Of a DNA stretch of 64,000 nucleotides, positions 58,151-64,000 are shown one piece after another. Both the position numbers and the translations under genes were made by a program. Source of the stretch: the human T2T-CHM13v2.0 reference genome, Homo sapiens; NCBI RefSeq assembly GCF_009914755.1, contig NC_060941.1, one strand, 5' to 3'. How positions within the stretch are numbered: the stretch's first letter is position 1; the number at the start of each line of letters is the position of its first letter. The notes beneath the pieces are model-generated. The model searched no databases and was not told the origin of the DNA. It was given only the letters and a program-made list of their open reading frames with translations.

Positions 58151-59636
58151 CTGCTGAAGTCCAGGGGTTACTTTAATGCTCCCCAAAGCACCCCAAGTCT
58201 TTGTTCATGCCACCTCCACTGCTCAGAAGCTCTTCCCTTTCTTCTTTGCCTGGCTTGCCCTTATTCATCCTTCTCACGCCAGCTCAAGTGTCACTGCCTC
58301 CATGAAGCCCTCCACTTCTCCTGGCAGAATTGATGCCTTCCATCTTCTGCATGGGTGCCTTTGCTGTCTTCATTATCCTACTTGTGTCAGCTTATACAGC
58401 TACCTCCCCCAGTGGACCATCTTATTGACCTCTGTCTGTATGCATGCAGCAGGCACTCAATACATGCAGATTAGTTTTACTTTCCCTGCTATACATTCCA
58501 GTCTTACTTAATCATAGTTTGCTGCTTCTCTTTGCTATCCATAAACATTTCCTCGTTCAAATAGGTCTTCAGGATTCACTCCCTTCCCCTCTAAAAAAAA
58601 TCTCCACCCATTACCTGCCCTCTGCAAAAAGAACCAAAATGAGGCACGACTGTGGTCTGGCACTCAGCCTCTCTCCTAGGGTCTGGGACAGACAAGAAAG
58701 GCATTGGGAGGGTGCAGGCAGGCAGGAGGTTCTATCACTCCACCGCCACCCAAGGGGAATTGGCTTTGGCTCCACTGTTGTGGGGATGGGGGTGGGGGGT
58801 CAGTATTTTGTTTTCTGGCATTTCATTTATGCCTTGGAAATTGGCTTGGGCTGTCAGGGGAACTGGGAGGGGAGCCTGGCTGGTGGCAGGGGGTGTCTCT
58901 ATGAGTAGTCCTTGACATCTCATTGGCTTTCTCCCTGTGCTGAGGGCAAGATCAAACATCAAAAGCACGGCCTGGCTGGTGCCTAGGCTAATGGAACCGG
59001 GCAAGCCTCTTCCAGATGTCTGCAGCTGTTTTCTCCTATTCCCCATCCAGAGTCTTGGGCTTGGAGACTCATGTGAGCTGCCCAGTGGGTCACACATCCC
59101 CAGGTTTGGGGCTGAGGCTGGCCTCCCCTTCTCCCACCCACGACCCCAGGTCTCCACTGATGGAGACTCTCTCACCTCCCCCACTTCCCCTCCTTCTAGC
59201 CAAGGATTCTTTTAATGCACCATCTACTGGGAAGTCCTTCTTGCTATAGAACTTGCTACCTTCCTGCTGCAACAGTCTGTCCCCTGGGACTGGAGGAAGG
59301 GAGAGGAGGAGAAATGCTCAGGCAGAGAGGAAGGAAAGAGAGATGTTTGGGATCATTTGACATGGGGAAATGTGGGGAGATAATGAAATATGTGGAGCTC
59401 AAGTTAATTTGAAAATGGGAGCACTCCACTTCCAGGCACTCAGCCTCTCTGATATCCTCAGAGAGGATATCAGCCTCTTAGCTGCCCAAATCCCTCTTCC
59501 CAAATGCTATAAGCTTCTAATAAGGATGTAATACAATTGAATTTATTACAAACTTAATTGTTTATAGAAATTTACCCAGCTGCAGACAGGACTGGGAGGA
59601 TGGACCCAGTGGGAGGATGGGAGAGCTGGAGAAACA

Positions 59637-59925
59637 GATGAGGAGAAGGGAGAGGAGTGGAGGAGGGATGGGAAGAGAGAAAGGGAAAGAAAAAGGAGGA
59701 GAGGAGCACAATGAAGAGAACCAAGAAGGAAGGGTGTCTGGAGAAGGAATCAGAGAGAAAGAGGATGGGATGGAAAGAAGCAGCTAAAGACAGACTAAGG
59801 GGAGAGTCAAGAGGAAATGCAAAGGAAGAGGGCTCAAGGAAGAATAAAAGAGAGGAGAGAAAGGCAGAGACAGGGAGACAGGAGAAGGTGGAGAAGGCGG
59901 AGAAGGCAGGGAGGAGGGAGGAAAC
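59637..59925 (+). repeat. ~290-bp GA-rich low-complexity tract
   Basis: Strong purine strand bias. Confidence 0.8.
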
Positions 59926-61175
59926 CCTGCAGATAGCAGTGGGGCCTTGCTGCCCAGAGAGGATGGTCTCTATCGGGGAGGAGACCCAGACCACTGGTGC
60001 CCAGCCACACTCAGAGGACTGGGGACAGTGGAAGACAGGGTGTTACTAGGAGAATTAGCTTGGGGGATTGCTGCCAGAGGGAGAGAAAAGAATGTCCTCT
60101 GTAGGTGGGAGAGCTGGACGATCAACTATGGACCAGTTTCCTCCGAGGTGGCACCCCCAGGTCAGGATGATCAGAAGGTGAGGCTTTGGGTGCTGCAGAA
60201 TCTGTGCAGAGAGGCTAGAGCCAGCTGTCTCCGTCCCTTCCAGCCTGCATCTGTAAGATAGGGAGGGTCACTCTGCCCTCATATCTCCCAGGAATGGTGT
60301 GGGATTTGGTGCTGCTACTCAGTTTTCGGATGGGGACCCGAGGCTCAAGGAGCGGGTAGTGATGTTTCCAAGGTTACCCTCAGACAGTGGCAGGGTTGCA
60401 ATCAGAACTCAGGTCATCTTAACTCCCAGTCAAGAGCTCAGTCTGCAAAGACTAAGTCATCGCAGGAGTTTGGTGCTGATTTCTAAAGTGGCAGGAGAGC
60501 CAGGGGAAGGGCGGGGCGTTTTGGCTCACCTGAGGCCCGGCTGTCAGTCCGTGACTCCCTGCCTCCACGGCTCTGAGGAGGCCCCAGCCCATGTTGGTGA
60601 GCGAGTGCTGTGTGTGAAGAATGGGCCCCGTCAGCCTGAGAGGGAGAGGCTACATTGAGCCCTCACACGAATCCATGTAGTGGCCAGGCGGGACACTATG
60701 GGTGGGGTTTGGAGAAGGGAAAAACTTCCAGAGACAGCTCTTCAGGACTGGTGCTGAGACAGGGACGCCTGTGTTGCAAATGTGGGGAAGGCATCTATCT
60801 GCAGGGAGACATCTGCTCTTATTCAATTGATCAGAGCCGTGTGCTGGCTTTTCTGGCTGAGCCCTGGCTGGATCTAGAAACTTCCAGGACCCTCTCCTCT
60901 GCTATGGGTGCTATGTCATATTGTCCTTCTCCTTGGTTGTCCACTCCCTCATCCCAACACACATAAACACACACAGAAATCCACATTCTTTCATTCATTC
61001 AATAAACACAAGCAATTAGCACACGTTAGGCGCAGCCTTAGGCACTGGGGATTCACCAGCATGGTGCCCATTATCCAAGAACATACAGTCTAAGAGGCAG
61101 AGGCAGACACAGTCTGGGACAATTCTACAATAGGAGGAACATGGAGCCTGGCCTGAAGTAGGTAACCAATGAACT

Positions 61176-61434
61176 TCACTCTCGCCCAGGCTGGTGGTGC
61201 AACCATAGCTCCCTGCAGCTTCAACCTCCTGGGTTCAAGGGATCCTCCTGCCTCAGCCTCCTGAGTAGCTGAGATTACAGGTGTGAACACCACATCACCT
61301 AATGTTTTTATTTCTTTGTAGAAGTGGGGTCTCCCTGTGTTGCTCAGGCTGGTCTCAAACTCCTGGCCACAAGTGATCCACTTGCCTCAGTCTCCCAAAG
61401 TCTTGGAATTACAGGCATAAGCCACCACTCCTGG
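61176..61434 (-). mobile_element. AluJ with truncated tail
   Basis: Antisense Alu with J-type motifs. Confidence 0.85.
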
Positions 61435-61663
61435 CAATATTCATTGAATGAATAGTGTGAACCTAGTGCTGGGAAGCAGAGGGGAGAAGGGGGCTCACTG
61501 TCTGTGGGAGCTGGCCAAGTAGTCACAGAGGAGCAGCATTTGGACAAGGCTTAGGAGACTCCAAGCTCCTTGAAGGCAGGAGCTGTGTCGCAGTCATCCT
61601 CGGATTCCACCATCCTGTGTAGTCTGGCATAGAGCAGGAGCACAGTGTTTGACAAATGAATGA

Positions 61664-62180
61664 TGCGTTAGTCAGGAACCTCTGGGTTGTCAATAACAGA
61701 AGTCCATCTCAAACCTGCCTAAGAAAAAAAGAAGAGACTTTATGGCTCAACATAACTTAAGTTTACTGCAGTAGGGTTAGGGTTGAGGTCCGGTTAAAGC
61801 TAGGTGCAGGTGTTAAATGTCGCCACTGACCATCTCTTGGCTCTGCTTTTTCCATATATCAGCTTTATTCTCAATCAAGCTCTCCCAGGGAGTGGCAACC
61901 CCAGCACAAAGAAAGCACTTCTTTCCATGCAGCCCGAAAGAAAGTTCAGGGCTGACTCTCAGTGGAGATAGTGATGTTCCTATCCCTGAACCAATCTGAT
62001 GGCTGGGGTTATTGTATGCAAATTTGCCCCGCTTTGCTCACATGGCCACACCCAGAGTGGGCAGAGGGGTGAAGGTGGAGTGAAAGTAAACTTCTCTCCA
62101 TAAAAGAGTTGGGAAGAGGAAGTTTCCCATAAACAAAAAGGCAAAGTGGTGCTGAGAAACAGATGTCCATGACAAATGAA
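61664..62180. mobile_element. Old MLT1 LTR remnant
   Basis: 'gttagtcaggaacctctgggttgtcaataacagaa...tatggctcaacataact' and 'cctgaaccaatc'. Confidence 0.55.
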
Positions 62181-62695
62181 TACATGAATGATTGGATAAG
62201 TGAATTGGGCCTGGAAGGGTGAATAGGAGTTCACCAGGTAGAGAAAAGAGCAAGGGTCCCCTTATGCATGTGTATACACACAGAGTCTGATTTCAATTCT
62301 GTTTTATTCTCAACCCCAGCTGTCCATTCGTGTCTGCCCCCATCTGTGTGTCTGGATCATCCTGGAAGCCCCAGAGGGCAGGGACAATGTTTGCCACACT
62401 CCATCTTGGCACTGCCCAGGCCTGTCCATTTAGACACTTAATCAAGGCTGTTTGGGTTCTGCAGCTGACCTTCCCTGCAAGCAGGGAGTTCTCTCCCTTC
62501 CCCAGTAGATCTGGGCTGGGCCAGGCCACTGTCCAGTGCCAGGGGAGGGGCTGGAAGCAGTAAAGAGCCAGAGACTTGAGAACGGGATGATAGCAGCCCC
62601 CTGCCCGCAGTCTCTCCTGTTCATCTGGGAATTCCTCCCTGCCCTCACTGGCATCAGCAAGGCCTTAAAATGTCACTTGTGAAGTGTAAACTTAG

Positions 62696-63058
<363 letters not shown>

Positions 63059-64000
63059 CTCTTCTGGTCTTTGAGCACATGATGCAAGGAGTTTACCTAG
63101 AGCTGCGGTTTCACTTCTTTCTACCTGATACTCTCCCTGTGCTGCACCTTGCCTCCCAATCACAGCTTTTAATGGCTAAAGTCCATGGAGGGGCTTTCTT
63201 TTATGTCCCTGATCCTCTACCAGTGGCTGTTTAAGCTGTTGTTGGTTATCTGTTCCTTCCTTCACTCCTTTATCATACATTCATTCACCCACAGCAATTG
63301 AGTATCTGCTATGCAGGCTTGCTCTAGGCAAAGAGGACACTCAGATAAAAGAGGCAATCACTCCCCTCCCCAAGGAGCTCAGCGCCCGGGTGGATGGAGA
63401 GGGAAGGAAAGCACCAGCCACACCACAGAGTGCTGGTGACAGGCAGAGAAGTACAAGGTGCCTGAGGTCCGCATCAGTCACCCAGGCTGTAATGAAATGG
63501 AGGACTTCCTGGAGGAGGTGATGCCTGTGCTGGGATGAGTAGAAGGGAGTAAGACAGTCCCAAAGAGGGACATGGTGAGGTGGTGAGGCTGGAGAAAGAG
63601 AAATGATGAGTCATTGGCTTACAGCTTTTTCTGCAGCTGAGTTCCTTCCCCTCCCTGCTGCCATGTCTTCATTCATTAGTTTGTTTGACTGTTCATGCAG
63701 CTCATTCATTCTAACCTCCCTCCCTCAGTGCCAGGCACAGGCTGGGTGCTGTGGATCCCAACAGGGACCTTCTGTTGGAACCCAGTGGAGCAGTCAGCAG
63801 CCCTGTCTCAGACAGTGGGGGTGTATGCTTGAAGTGGGAGGGGGGAGGCAGCCTTCTGCCCCCTAAGATCCAGAGTTGGGCTGAGATTGAGGGTCACACC
63901 ATAGGTTCCCCCATAAAGTTTGGGTGACCCCATTGCTGGCCCGCTGCAGGAGGGGCCTCCAAGGAGGACTGGGATGGGAGAGGGACCTCAAAAGGCAGAG

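Noticed and set aside
59657-60049. Lys/Glu/Arg-rich 130-aa ORF
   Set aside because: Product of a GA-rich low-complexity tract.

Overview
Primate (very likely human) non-coding genomic DNA. No intron-containing protein-coding gene is recognisable. The first ~15.6 kb is a nested stack of retroelements: an old SVA_A-type element, fragmented L1s including an orientation switch, many Alus, Charlie1 and MLT1. Inside it sits the only real gene-derived sequence, a processed EIF4E retrocopy (4307-5946, minus strand). It has an intact 217-aa ORF, poly(A) signal and tail, and a 14-bp TSD, and it is inserted into an AluJ that lies in an L1. From memory this fits EIF4EP2 at 17q21.33 between PHB1 and NGFR, which is unverified. 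The remaining ~48 kb is GC-richer unique sequence with MIR/L2, MaLR/ERVL solo LTRs, MER5/hAT MITEs, two CpG-rich regulatory candidates (~19.6-20.3 kb, ~50.9-51.6 kb) and homeodomain-motif clusters. The best second-look items are: the coding-intact eIF4E retrocopy (E19K, R61W, possible cap-derived 5' G); two locally templated insertions copied from 1-1.7 kb upstream into an Alu and a MIR; two independent insertions into the same AluJ B-box segment; and an octamer/PBX-HOX motif cluster in the CpG island. I do not see evidence of a wholly new biological system. Repeat subfamily calls and most repeat boundaries are by eye and approximate. Nearly all ORFs in the supplied track are spurious.
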